A stretch of DNA of 64,000 bases, taken from positions 26,232-90,231 of the IMG/VR virus record IMGVR_UViG_3300030390_001550, one strand, 5' to 3'. Each line of letters opens with the position of its first letter. Position 1 is the first letter of the stretch. Source of the DNA: a virus. Below are positions 55,901 through 64,000 of the stretch, one piece after another. The position numbers and the translations under genes are program-made. Under the pieces are notes generated by a model. It saw nothing but the letters and a program-made list of their open reading frames with translations, did no database searches and was not told where the DNA came from.

Positions 55901-57331
55901 CAAGTTTCTATAAGTGCAGATGCTACTGTTGGAACAACATTTGAATTTGATGAACCAATTTATTTAAAAGGTAATACTGATTATGCTATAGTTTGTTTAA
56001 CAGATAATACTGATTATTTACTTTATACTTCAAAGGTTGGTGAGTTTGTTTTAGGTACTACAGAAGAAAAAATAAACAGACAACCATTTTTAGGATCACT
56101 ATTTAAATCGCAAAATAGCGTAACTTGGGAAGCAGCACAATGGGAAGATATGAAATTCAAATTGGAAAGAGCGTCTTTTGATACAACTGGCGGTATTGCT
56201 ACTCTCAAAAACGCTAATGTACCTGTAAGAGTTCTAAGTAATAATCCTATTACGTTGTTCGCAAAGGGCGCACCCACAACTGTTGTTGGTAAAACAACTA
56301 TTAAGGTAAATGCTCCACATCACGGATTAATTATTGGTGATAGTGTTGTAATATCAGGGGTGGTAGATGCAACATATGGTGTTGCTGTTAACAATGGTGG
56401 TACAGCACATACTGTAACAGAAATTGATGCTAGTAGTTTTGCGTTTGTCTCTGCTGCCTCTGCAATAACTACACCTGCTGGAACTGCGGCAAGCGGAACA
56501 CCGTTATCTCCAATTTTAACTGGTGGAGTTGCTGTAACTATAACACCACAATATTCTTACAATTTGGCTTGGCCTAATATTGAAACTTTATCGCCTATAA
56601 ATTCATCTATTAATTTTACAGAAAAAGGTATTAGTGGAAAATCTTATGCTGGTAGTGAATCTCCATATGTTCAATACTCAACAGCAACAGCACTTATACC
56701 AAAATATAATAACTATTATGCTTTCCCAAGATCAATAGCACATTCTACAAGAGAAGGTAGTATGGGCCACTCTTCACTTCTCGTTTATGGAACCATGACA
56801 ACTACTTCAAACTTTGTTTCGCCAGTAATTGATATGCAAAGAGCATCTGTTAATCTAATTGAAAATATTATTGATAGTCCAGTTTCACAAGCGACTAGTG
56901 GCGGTAGTAAGGTTGTTCTTGATGTTGCAACATCTGGATATGAAACATATATACCAGAAACTGATGCCCTAAACGGATCAGCATCTGCAAAACATATCAC
57001 GAAATCTGTAAGATTATTATCTCCTGCAAATGGATTGAAAGTTTTTGCTGGTATTAATAAACCATCTGTTTGTGAAGTTGAGTTGTATTATAAAGCACAA
57101 ATGGGTGACGTTGAGTTTGACAGTGTTCCTTGGAATTTAGCAACAGTAGATACTGCTATGCCAAGCGATGATGATAATATTACATTTAGGGAATATATTT
57201 ACACTATTGGTGGGGATACAGGCACAATGCCTGATTTTACTAAATTTAAATTAAAAATAGTAATGAAATCAACAAATTCTTCCAGAGTTCCAGCCATCCG
57301 CGATTTAAGAGCAATAAGTTTAGGTGATTGA
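52997..57331 (+). CDS. VrlC/DUF4815-like large virion structural protein, C-terminal part
   Basis: SPGKAYVNGY, LDNGQRD, YYLPR.D, RYTMRDIG, KTGF.ADNF, DPLAQSF, GSLFKSQN..TW, SPVID, DLRAI. Confidence 0.85.
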   Translation: MAKIKLRVSPGKAYVNGYKIQKNIPTFLSVSKATATETIINDSVGAAYGHYVIISVSGLKGIPNISELGVVHVKDSVDWGGNTVGSCRVRAIEKYDEIVDSSGVAVVAYKLYIFDLQMNSTKFFSTDAKSVGLTTSDYANIYQENSRSIIHGTNNKGLLFSTSNIRAKAVTNLSIYQQKKFAATLSAGSTTLTFTCASGEVFSDISDWIVSNGSGTIQSHSVTSGSLNSSSATINSLVATDTSIDETFTIIAYVYKASATLASKTKQTGTRNYTVAWTAGATNVSVDLNEVDIISVPEIRYGDETGDIITDKFILDNGQRDAFYETGKLRLKNGHSLDNTTIWVSFTYFEHGQGDYFAPNSYVGAGFTYDNIQTYTMENGSEVDLKDVIDMRPSKGQSGNNFTHSSARVPAIPKPTSLMTGDIEYYLPRYDKLIVQQSGEFKYIEGTPSFSPKFPDVPSNSMEIYRVRVNPFTLNSKDLTFSMIENKRYTMRDIGKIDKRVDDLEEQVTLSLLEVDTKNIQVLDENGNPRTKTGFVADNFSDQSHIDVKNQEYKGSIDPQEQFARPKFSANNIGLVYDDALSTRTTIVGDNIYLDYTHADYLEQSLASGTENVNPFMVIGFRGHVKMSPSSDDWKEVEYLADNMIDGGTRLNTDAAVLWNEWEWNWGGSDLNGLDVGSETTQTGVTGEQAFTDVSQFTTRSGAFGTSRRHWRRTTTGVERTNTTVVNRIIGSSTVNEVVGDRLVQWAFIPFMRSKMIFFRAAGLQPNTEMFAFFDQISVADWVKQESFNAYNSHKQTEYGNSQVNATSHPSGSSKLYSDGNGQVEGSFFIPSTDAIRFKTGSIEFKLTDITSVDDSKAITTASGIFISTGVLDTRQEDVESTRVLEVVGTTTERVDREVTGSNTVRIDPLAQSFTVNEETGVFITKATLYFKQKSSNMPVWIQMRPMVNGFPSSDVILPGSQKLLTSSQVSISADATVGTTFEFDEPIYLKGNTDYAIVCLTDNTDYLLYTSKVGEFVLGTTEEKINRQPFLGSLFKSQNSVTWEAAQWEDMKFKLERASFDTTGGIATLKNANVPVRVLSNNPITLFAKGAPTTVVGKTTIKVNAPHHGLIIGDSVVISGVVDATYGVAVNNGGTAHTVTEIDASSFAFVSAASAITTPAGTAASGTPLSPILTGGVAVTITPQYSYNLAWPNIETLSPINSSINFTEKGISGKSYAGSESPYVQYSTATALIPKYNNYYAFPRSIAHSTREGSMGHSSLLVYGTMTTTSNFVSPVIDMQRASVNLIENIIDSPVSQATSGGSKVVLDVATSGYETYIPETDALNGSASAKHITKSVRLLSPANGLKVFAGINKPSVCEVELYYKAQMGDVEFDSVPWNLATVDTAMPSDDDNITFREYIYTIGGDTGTMPDFTKFKLKIVMKSTNSSRVPAIRDLRAISLGD

Positions 57332-57332
57332 T

Positions 57333-57542
57333 ATGTTATTTTCTAAAATTCAAGGCGAAAAAAATTACGTTAAAGATTTAGAATCTGGTGCTATAATTAA
57401 TAGTGATTGCGTAGAAATTGAAAAAGCGAAGGTAAGAAAGAAAAAGATGCGAGAAGAAAAAGAAGAATTTCAAGTATTAAAATCAGAAGTGGCAGATATG
57501 AAAAATCTGCTTGTAGAAATTTCCAGAAAGTTAGGTGACTAA
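57333..57542 (+). CDS. conserved T4-like hypothetical protein
   Basis: KD..SGAIIN.D plus coiled coil. Confidence 0.7.
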   Translation: MLFSKIQGEKNYVKDLESGAIINSDCVEIEKAKVRKKKMREEKEEFQVLKSEVADMKNLLVEISRKLGD

Positions 57543-58744
57543 TGGCTAGATTAGAAAATGTTGATCTCAGTAATTCAGTAAATGCTTGGAGAATGAAAAC
57601 AAATCTTACCGCATCTTATGTTGGTGATTTGGATGATTTAAATACCACTGACAGTGGAAGTATTGTAGGTGCAGTAAATTCAATTCAAACTAAATTTGCT
57701 GTTAATGGTGAGGTGCAAGGATTAGCAAGAACTGCATTAGCATTATCAACTGGTGGGTCTGGTACATATTCAAGTTTATCTTATGTAGATTCAGCAGGAA
57801 TTGGTGGAGGGGTTTTCACGTTTACTTGTAATCCACTCACGGCAAGCGATATTCCTAATTTAGATGCTGGAAAACTAACAACTGGAACTATTAATCCATC
57901 ATTAATACCAGCAATAGATGCTGGGGTTATAACAACTGGAACATTAGCAACTGCGAGATTACCATATCTATCTGCAAATCAAACCACTGCTGGGCAATTT
58001 GATAGTGATCGTATCCCATCTTTACACGCTAATAAAATTAATAGGGGAACTTTTTTAATCGGAAGAATACCTGATATTCCTTCTAGTAAAGTAGTGAGTG
58101 ATGGTACTACAATACCATTAGAAGCAATGGACCCATCACTTGTAAGAAATAATCTTTCCACATCATACACTGGTACAAGAGTATATAATGGAACTAGCAC
58201 TTTTTACAATACGGTTACTGTTGGGACTTCTGCTCTTCCTGTTACATCAACATTTAATGGTCAAATAAATCACGCTGGGCATATTATTCCAGACACAGAT
58301 AACTCTTACAGTGTGGGTAGTTCATCATTTAAATACGCAAATATGTATGCGACAACATTTAATGGTAATGCTACGTCTGCTAATTTCGCTGACCTTGCGG
58401 AGAAATATACCACAGATGAAGATTATCCAATAGGAACTGTTATGATGGTTAATTTTGATACTAATGGTGAAACTACAAAATGCGGCAATTCTGGTATTCC
58501 AGTTGGGGTTATCTCAGCAGAACCAGCGTTTTTAATGAACGCTGAAGCAGAAGGACAAGCACTTGCTCTTAAAGGTAGGGTTCCTGTTAGAGTATGTGGT
58601 CAAATTAGAAAAGGTGAGGCTGTTTATACTTGGAAAAATGGGTGTGGTAGTACAGAATTTAATGGCGCACATATGATTGGAATATCACTTGAGACCAGTG
58701 ATATTGAAGATGAAAAAATGATTGAGTGTGTTCTTAAACTTTAA
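57542..58744 (+). CDS. tail fibre / fibritin-like protein with C-terminal chaperone-like domain
   Basis: WR.KTN, IP.LDA..IT.GT 20-aa repeats, ADLAEKY...GTV...GVIS..PAFLMN...ALKGRVPV. Confidence 0.75.
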   Translation: MARLENVDLSNSVNAWRMKTNLTASYVGDLDDLNTTDSGSIVGAVNSIQTKFAVNGEVQGLARTALALSTGGSGTYSSLSYVDSAGIGGGVFTFTCNPLTASDIPNLDAGKLTTGTINPSLIPAIDAGVITTGTLATARLPYLSANQTTAGQFDSDRIPSLHANKINRGTFLIGRIPDIPSSKVVSDGTTIPLEAMDPSLVRNNLSTSYTGTRVYNGTSTFYNTVTVGTSALPVTSTFNGQINHAGHIIPDTDNSYSVGSSSFKYANMYATTFNGNATSANFADLAEKYTTDEDYPIGTVMMVNFDTNGETTKCGNSGIPVGVISAEPAFLMNAEAEGQALALKGRVPVRVCGQIRKGEAVYTWKNGCGSTEFNGAHMIGISLETSDIEDEKMIECVLKL

Positions 58745-58752
58745 ATTGTCTA

Positions 58753-58781
58753 TTGACATTCTAAATTATAAGGTTTATAAT
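58753..58781 (+). promoter_or_regulatory. sigma70-type promoter for rSAM cluster
   Basis: TTGACA-17-TATAAT consensus. Confidence 0.8.
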
Positions 58782-58807
58782 AACTTTAGTCATTAAAGGA
58801 TTTTGTT

Positions 58808-59326
58808 ATGATCACCAAAAGTCAATTCTTGAGTATAATCTCAAGTGATATTGCTTATGAGCAAAATATGGTCTATGCCATAGACGAAAATGGTAGAGAA
58901 CATCTCATGAAAAATTTTGCAGATACACTTGCAAATAAAGATACAAATTCAATAAAAATTGAAAGAATGGAAGCATACAACTCGGAAATTTTTTCCTATT
59001 GTTTAGAACTAGAAGATATGTATGAGCATAATGGCCCAATAACATGTCATTTATTTTATGCTGAAAAAAATGCTCATTCATTCAAAAAACATACTGATCC
59101 AGATAATGTTGTTATATATTGTTGTGAAGGTATGAAAACTATAGCAATGGAAGGTCATACTATGGGTGGTGAGCCAGTATTTACTTTGAAGGCAGGTGCA
59201 ATACTACATATTCCTGCGAATACTCTTCACCAAGCATTTAATGAACATGAGGCACTTACTTTGAGTTTTGGCTTAGAAAAATTTATAGAGGATAAAATGA
59301 ATAGTGTTTTGGTCAGTATACCTTAA
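58808..59326 (+). CDS. JmjC/cupin-type 2OG-Fe(II) hydroxylase
   Basis: SFKKHTD (HxD), EG.K, L.IPANTLHQA, LSFG. Confidence 0.75.
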   Translation: MITKSQFLSIISSDIAYEQNMVYAIDENGREHLMKNFADTLANKDTNSIKIERMEAYNSEIFSYCLELEDMYEHNGPITCHLFYAEKNAHSFKKHTDPDNVVIYCCEGMKTIAMEGHTMGGEPVFTLKAGAILHIPANTLHQAFNEHEALTLSFGLEKFIEDKMNSVLVSIP

Positions 59327-60323
59327 AACCACAGAAACTTGTCAATTAAACTGTAAGCACTGTTTTACTTCTGGTAGCAATGGTGCTAAAATTTATTGGA
59401 ATACTGATAAGATAGTTGATTGGATACATAGATTTCGTGAAGAAAAACCTGCAAAGGGTGATGGTATTCATTTAGAGTTTCATGGAGGCGAACCATTTCT
59501 TGTACCTGTAGGGCAAATGAGAAAGGTGTATGATGCTTGTGATGGTCTTTGGGATAATATGAGTTGGGGAGCCACAACCAATTTAGTGTATAAATTAAAA
59601 GATCAGCATAGAGAATTTATAAAAGGTCCACTTAGAAATAGGTTAGGAACTTCATGGGACCGTAAGATAAGATTTGATAATCAAAAACAATATAACTTGT
59701 GGCATAAAAACGTCAAGTCTCTTTTAGCAGATGGTGTAACTATACGTTTGTTTATTAGTCTTACTAAAGATACTTTAGAAAAAGACCCTATTGTATTATT
59801 AAGATGGTGTAGAAGATTGGGAGTTCAAGAGGTATCTTTAGAGAGATTGACCAATAATGGTTCAGCGCGTGAAGCATCAGAAATATTTCCATCAAATAAA
59901 GAGTTAGATGCTTATTTTTTGAAAATGCACCAGCAAAGTGAAGAATATGGAGCGCGAGATTGGTTTGAAAATGATTTTTTTGAAAATATATATGCTAAAT
60001 TTGAAAAAACTCTTACGACATGTGGTACTTTTTGTAGAGATTGCGAAACAAAACTATTCACGATAAATGGTGATGGTACAATAAGTGGTTGTCCAAATTC
60101 AGCACCAGAATTTCAGTTTGGAACTTTAGATGATCCCATTAAAACTCTTATAAATAGTCCTAGAAGAATAAGAACTATCATTGAAGAAAAAATGAGAAAC
60201 CCCAATTGTCTTTCTTGTCCTGTTGCGAAATATTGTGGTGGCGATTGTCATCAATTAGGATGGGAAGGTGATGTGTGTGGCGCACCTAAAAGTTTAATGA
60301 TGGAATTGGCAAAGAATGTCTAG
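59304..60323 (+). CDS. radical SAM/SPASM maturase
   Basis: CQLNCKHC, FHGGEPF, TNL; SPASM Cys: CRDC, GCP, CLSC, CGGDC, C. Confidence 0.92.
   Translation: MFWSVYLKTTETCQLNCKHCFTSGSNGAKIYWNTDKIVDWIHRFREEKPAKGDGIHLEFHGGEPFLVPVGQMRKVYDACDGLWDNMSWGATTNLVYKLKDQHREFIKGPLRNRLGTSWDRKIRFDNQKQYNLWHKNVKSLLADGVTIRLFISLTKDTLEKDPIVLLRWCRRLGVQEVSLERLTNNGSAREASEIFPSNKELDAYFLKMHQQSEEYGARDWFENDFFENIYAKFEKTLTTCGTFCRDCETKLFTINGDGTISGCPNSAPEFQFGTLDDPIKTLINSPRRIRTIIEEKMRNPNCLSCPVAKYCGGDCHQLGWEGDVCGAPKSLMMELAKNV
60149..60156 (+). promoter_or_regulatory. T4-type late promoter TATAAATA inside rSAM gene
   Basis: Exact motif 177 nt upstream of ORF 60334. Confidence 0.5.
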
Positions 60324-60333
60324 GAGATAAAGA

Positions 60334-61173
60334 ATGGCGATATCAGACCCTATTACAGAAAATCCTGTAATTACAAAATACAGACAGTTTGTGACTGATA
60401 AAATTAATAGTGCTATCGTGTTTGGTGATGATAATGTACCAGACGCATCTGTTGCCAGTTATTTTCATGGCACTAGAAGTGGTGTGACCACTAGTCCTGA
60501 TTTAATAGATGGGCCTATAACAGCATCAAATATTTTTGCTGTTCTATTGAAGGATGTTAACAAATATACTAGAATTAGAAAATTTAATGCTACAAGAACG
60601 GTAACAGGTATTCCAGGTGGCAACACACCAATCCCAACACGCAATAGTTCTTCTACTGCAAATGCAGATGCTGAAAAAAACTTTGCGTGTGAATGGCAAT
60701 CTGCTTTAGATGATGAAATTGCCTCGCGAAGTTTTAGGGGAAATACGCCCACATTTGGTGACCATATTTCAGCGTTCTTCACAAAATATAATACCTATGG
60801 AATTGGTGGAAAGCCTACTACAAAGCAAGAAGCAAGAGACCTACAACCTGCTGCTCAAAGTGCATGTGTTGCAGCAACTCAAAAATATGGCGTAAGTCTG
60901 AGAACTGGTGCTAAAATCAATACACCTTTAAATGTTAGTGGAGTCGGTATTCTAACAGCAAAACATAGTTTTTTTATTGATTCTAGTGATGTTGATCATT
61001 CAATGATTGTAGCAGGAGATTTAATTGATGATGCTGATATGGAGTCATTATTCAATAACCTATATCAAGCATGGAAAAGTGTTGCATTAGACGGTACGGT
61101 AACAGGATATAGCGAGTCTGTGTGTCATTCCAATTGCCACTCTAATTGTCACTCATCAAGGAATAGGAGATAA
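60334..61173 (+). CDS. putative rSAM substrate / virion protein with C-terminal CHSN repeats
   Basis: Ends VCHSNCHSNCHSSRNRR; AGGAG RBS; flanked by rSAM genes. Confidence 0.65.
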   Translation: MAISDPITENPVITKYRQFVTDKINSAIVFGDDNVPDASVASYFHGTRSGVTTSPDLIDGPITASNIFAVLLKDVNKYTRIRKFNATRTVTGIPGGNTPIPTRNSSSTANADAEKNFACEWQSALDDEIASRSFRGNTPTFGDHISAFFTKYNTYGIGGKPTTKQEARDLQPAAQSACVAATQKYGVSLRTGAKINTPLNVSGVGILTAKHSFFIDSSDVDHSMIVAGDLIDDADMESLFNNLYQAWKSVALDGTVTGYSESVCHSNCHSNCHSSRNRR

Positions 61174-61180
61174 ATTTATT

Positions 61181-61834
61181 ATGGATAATTATGTTACAGT
61201 GACTGCCCCTCTAGGTATTGATGACTTGCAGAAATATTTTTCTGATGACAGCATTAATTTTATTATTGATTATGAAAATAGTGAGTTACAAGGTGAGAAA
61301 TTGCTTGTCTATTTAAGCAACTTAGAATTACCTTGTGATATTAAAGTTGAAAGAAATGATTTAGAAACCCTTGCAAAAATTTATCTCCAGTTTCCGCAAA
61401 TATTAAATATTAAAGTTTTAGAAGAATTTATTATTAAGGTTCTTTTGGTAAGAAAAAAACTATCTTTAGAATCTTTAGATTACTATCAAGATTTCATTGA
61501 TGATAATGAAGAAGTGATTGATACTTGGATTAAAAAGTTGGACTCATTGACACTTTATAATATGTATATTATCCAAGATGATGAAATGAAAGATTGGGTA
61601 CTATCCCATAAAGAAGATGATACTGATGATATAAAAGGTATAAATTTTGTATCTGTATTAAAACATGAAGATTTTTATTACTACTACAATGGTTTAGATG
61701 AAAAAAACTTGACCTATTATTCAAAATATTTTAATGAATATATGTTTAATGGGAAAGGTTTATTCGATTATTGGTCCTATGAAAAAAATCCAATTTTCCT
61801 ATTAACTTGGGGAGTTGGTGCAGGAGAAGTTTAA
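61181..61834 (+). CDS. acidic accessory protein of rSAM cluster
   Basis: IDY..S.L.G..LL.YLSNL.LPCD; operon context. Confidence 0.6.
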   Translation: MDNYVTVTAPLGIDDLQKYFSDDSINFIIDYENSELQGEKLLVYLSNLELPCDIKVERNDLETLAKIYLQFPQILNIKVLEEFIIKVLLVRKKLSLESLDYYQDFIDDNEEVIDTWIKKLDSLTLYNMYIIQDDEMKDWVLSHKEDDTDDIKGINFVSVLKHEDFYYYYNGLDEKNLTYYSKYFNEYMFNGKGLFDYWSYEKNPIFLLTWGVGAGEV

Positions 61835-62875
61835 TTGGATTTAGTAGATTTTATTTTAAGAGATAAAAGAGATAAGCAGCAAGAATACACAATTCATTTA
61901 TTTGAATTTTGTAATCTGTCTTGTCCATTTTGCTGGCAAGACCATGACAACATTGTGGGTATTGATACTGTATTGGACAAGTTGGAATCAATAGAAAAGT
62001 TTTTTCAAAAAGAGATGAGGAAACATGTAGTTTTAAACATCATGGGTGGTGAGATATTCGCTGATGAAATTTTTGATGAAAAATTGAAGAACGACTATAT
62101 TGCTCTTGCCCAAGGAATAGTAGACTTAGGAAAAAAATATAAGTTTGAGAGTATAGGAATTAATTGGGTCACTAACCTAGTAATTAGTAAAAGAGACTAT
62201 GTGCGAGATATATTGAAGGCGTGTAGAGATATGGGCTGTAACTCAAAACTCGTAACTTCATATGATCCTAGAGGTAGATTCAATAAACCAAACTTAGAAA
62301 TTTTCAAAGAAAATGTATATGATTTCTGGGATGATCTTGAAGGAATTGGTGTTCTTTTAACCAAGTCTAATATTAAATATTGGTTGACTGATCCTAAAGA
62401 TTTTATGCACGAATTATATCATAAGGGCGTAAAGGTTTATGCTGATTATTACATGCCTGATTGTCAAGCAGAACGAAGTATGCCAACAGACAAAGAACAT
62501 TATGATATTTTCACGCATTTTATAGATAAGTATCCTAAAATTGAGCCTATTCGTTCTTGGATAGAAAATGAGCGTAATGTTGTTTCATGCAGATCATCTA
62601 AATTAGTTCTTGAGGATGGAACCATGTGTTTGTGTGGAAATCTTGTTCAAGAGCCAAGAGATAAAGCGATGTACAAAACAGACATACAGAAGGCTAATAA
62701 CAAACCTATTGAAAAGGCTTTCCTTGAAAAGTATAATTGCTCTACTTGTGAATATTTTCATAGATGTACTCTTGGGTGTTTCATGGCACATGATTATAAA
62801 TATGCAGAAGAGGTTTTTGATGAATGTGTCTATAAAATGACACATAGATACATTGAAAATAAAGGATTAAGATGA
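61835..62875 (+). CDS. second radical SAM protein with C-terminal Cys cluster
   Basis: CNLSCPFC, MGGE, VTNL; C-terminal CRSS, CLC, CSTC, RCTLGC, C. Confidence 0.88.
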   Translation: MDLVDFILRDKRDKQQEYTIHLFEFCNLSCPFCWQDHDNIVGIDTVLDKLESIEKFFQKEMRKHVVLNIMGGEIFADEIFDEKLKNDYIALAQGIVDLGKKYKFESIGINWVTNLVISKRDYVRDILKACRDMGCNSKLVTSYDPRGRFNKPNLEIFKENVYDFWDDLEGIGVLLTKSNIKYWLTDPKDFMHELYHKGVKVYADYYMPDCQAERSMPTDKEHYDIFTHFIDKYPKIEPIRSWIENERNVVSCRSSKLVLEDGTMCLCGNLVQEPRDKAMYKTDIQKANNKPIEKAFLEKYNCSTCEYFHRCTLGCFMAHDYKYAEEVFDECVYKMTHRYIENKGLR

Positions 62876-62876
62876 G

Positions 62877-63512
62877 ATGTTTTTTTATAAAAATGGCGAT
62901 AAATCTCCAATTAGCCAATCCTTTATAAATAGATTTCCAACAAGAAAAAGATTAACTAATCCAATTAAAGAAATTGATATAGAGTATAATGTATGCCATA
63001 CAGTATTTGATTATTTAGTTGATACTAAATTACCACCATGCATTCATTTTTTAGATAATTTTTTGAAAAGTGAAGTGTATGTGTTTAGTGTTCCACTATC
63101 AAGTAATTTATTATCTAAAGTTAATAGTAAATCTATGATGGAAGATTATACTACTCAATTTACTGGATCACCCAAAACAGTAGTAAATAATGATTATGAG
63201 TTAGGATGGATTGGCATAGAGAAAACTAAAAATTATACAATAATGTCAAATATTCAAATAAATGGAATTTATAGAGATTGCTTAACCAGAAGGCAAGAAA
63301 TAGATTTTTATAAAACTATGATCAAGTTTTGTAAAGGTGAAATATTGAATATGCCAATTTATGTGCCTACAGCCGAAACACTATACACACAAATGAAAAA
63401 AAATCCTGCACATCCTGATAGTGCTATAATGGAAACACCTTACACATCTAAGGTTTTAAAGGGGTTCACAAAGATACAATTTATGAACATGGAGTTTTAT
63501 AAAAATGATTAA
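62877..63512 (+). CDS. hypothetical protein
   Basis: 211-aa ORF in operon. Confidence 0.55.
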   Translation: MFFYKNGDKSPISQSFINRFPTRKRLTNPIKEIDIEYNVCHTVFDYLVDTKLPPCIHFLDNFLKSEVYVFSVPLSSNLLSKVNSKSMMEDYTTQFTGSPKTVVNNDYELGWIGIEKTKNYTIMSNIQINGIYRDCLTRRQEIDFYKTMIKFCKGEILNMPIYVPTAETLYTQMKKNPAHPDSAIMETPYTSKVLKGFTKIQFMNMEFYKND

Positions 63513-63999
63513 CGTAGGTTATGTGAATCCAACAGGAATACCCTCAAGAGCAGAATTTAACTATCATTGGATGCTTTTTAAATGTTTTTATGAAGATTAT
63601 GGAAAATATCCAGAAAAAGTTACTTGGGTGGAGCCAATATTCAAATGGAATGAAGTTACAATACAAGATTGTTTGGATAATGTTAAAGGGTGTTCCATTG
63701 TATTTTTTACCAACTATGTTTGGAATTATAAAATTAACCAAAGGATACGAAATGGTCTTGATCCAGATACCATAGTAGTTATGGGTGGTCCTCAACAAGA
63801 CCCTGATATAATAAAAGATTATGACTATGTTGCAGACCCTCTTGCTCCAGGAGAAATATTTGTACAATACTTTCTTGATATGTATCTAGAGGATTCTGTT
63901 GATAAGAAAAAGATTCCATTTTATTTGGGTAGTTCTTTAAAAATTCCTCTTCCATTTGGACATACGAATGTATATAAGAGATGTGAAGATTATTTTACC
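63505..63999 (+). CDS. probable cobalamin-dependent radical SAM enzyme, N-terminal B12-binding domain (3'-truncated by window)
   Basis: Open frame MINVGYVNP...FFTNYVWNYKIN...VVMGGPQ...PGE to window end; GGAG RBS. Confidence 0.65.
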   Translation, partial: MINVGYVNPTGIPSRAEFNYHWMLFKCFYEDYGKYPEKVTWVEPIFKWNEVTIQDCLDNVKGCSIVFFTNYVWNYKINQRIRNGLDPDTIVVMGGPQQDPDIIKDYDYVADPLAPGEIFVQYFLDMYLEDSVDKKKIPFYLGSSLKIPLPFGHTNVYKRCEDYFT

Positions 64000-64000
64000 A

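Noticed and set aside
34617-57331. Introns, inteins or homing endonucleases in core genes
   Set aside because: No HNH/GIY-YIG/LAGLIDADG or intein terminal motifs recognised; gene lengths are unremarkable
719-63867. Numerous 60-160 aa antisense or alternate-frame ORFs (e.g. 34918, 43290, 55007, 63544)
   Set aside because: Fully nested in recognisable genes, with no RBS or motifs; typical shadow ORFs
1-64000. Stop-codon reassignment
   Set aside because: Core genes are full-length in code 11; TAA, TAG and TGA all end conserved genes; no suppressor tRNA seen

Overview
AT-rich, gene-dense segment of a large T4-like myophage genome, probably marine and infecting an alphaproteobacterium (host inferred from the BMP and IscA genes). 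From left to right it contains: two paralogous virion fibre/lectin genes; a large glycan-modification island (GT25 x3, other GTs, sulfotransferase, methyltransferases, UDP-Glc dehydrogenase, UDP-GlcA epimerase); auxiliary genes (BMP purine-binding protein, ClpP, truncated class II AsnRS-like enzyme, 2OG-Fe oxygenases, IscA, GuaC); four tRNA genes; a block of small early ORFs behind repeated sigma70 promoter/leader cassettes; gp33 and gp32; the tail/baseplate module (tape measure, gp51, gp26, gp54, gp2, gp4, gp48, gp53, hub, tripartite gp5, gp25, gp6, gp7, gp8, VrlC-like, fibre); and a radical-SAM cluster at the right edge. The strongest candidates for undescribed biology are: (1) an AsnRS-like gene lacking the anticodon-binding domain, followed 9 nt later by a 111-nt tRNA-Asn(GTT) with a Leu-type D-arm and a 39-nt variable arm; (2) a cupin + two rSAM + probable B12-rSAM cluster around a protein ending in CHSN-CHSN-CHSS-RNRR that has its own late-promoter motif; (3) a probable -1 frameshift fusing gp26 to gp51 just upstream of the tape measure gene; (4) a ~190-nt pseudoknotted RNA next to tRNA-Arg. 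All family calls come from motif recognition by eye; no searches were run.
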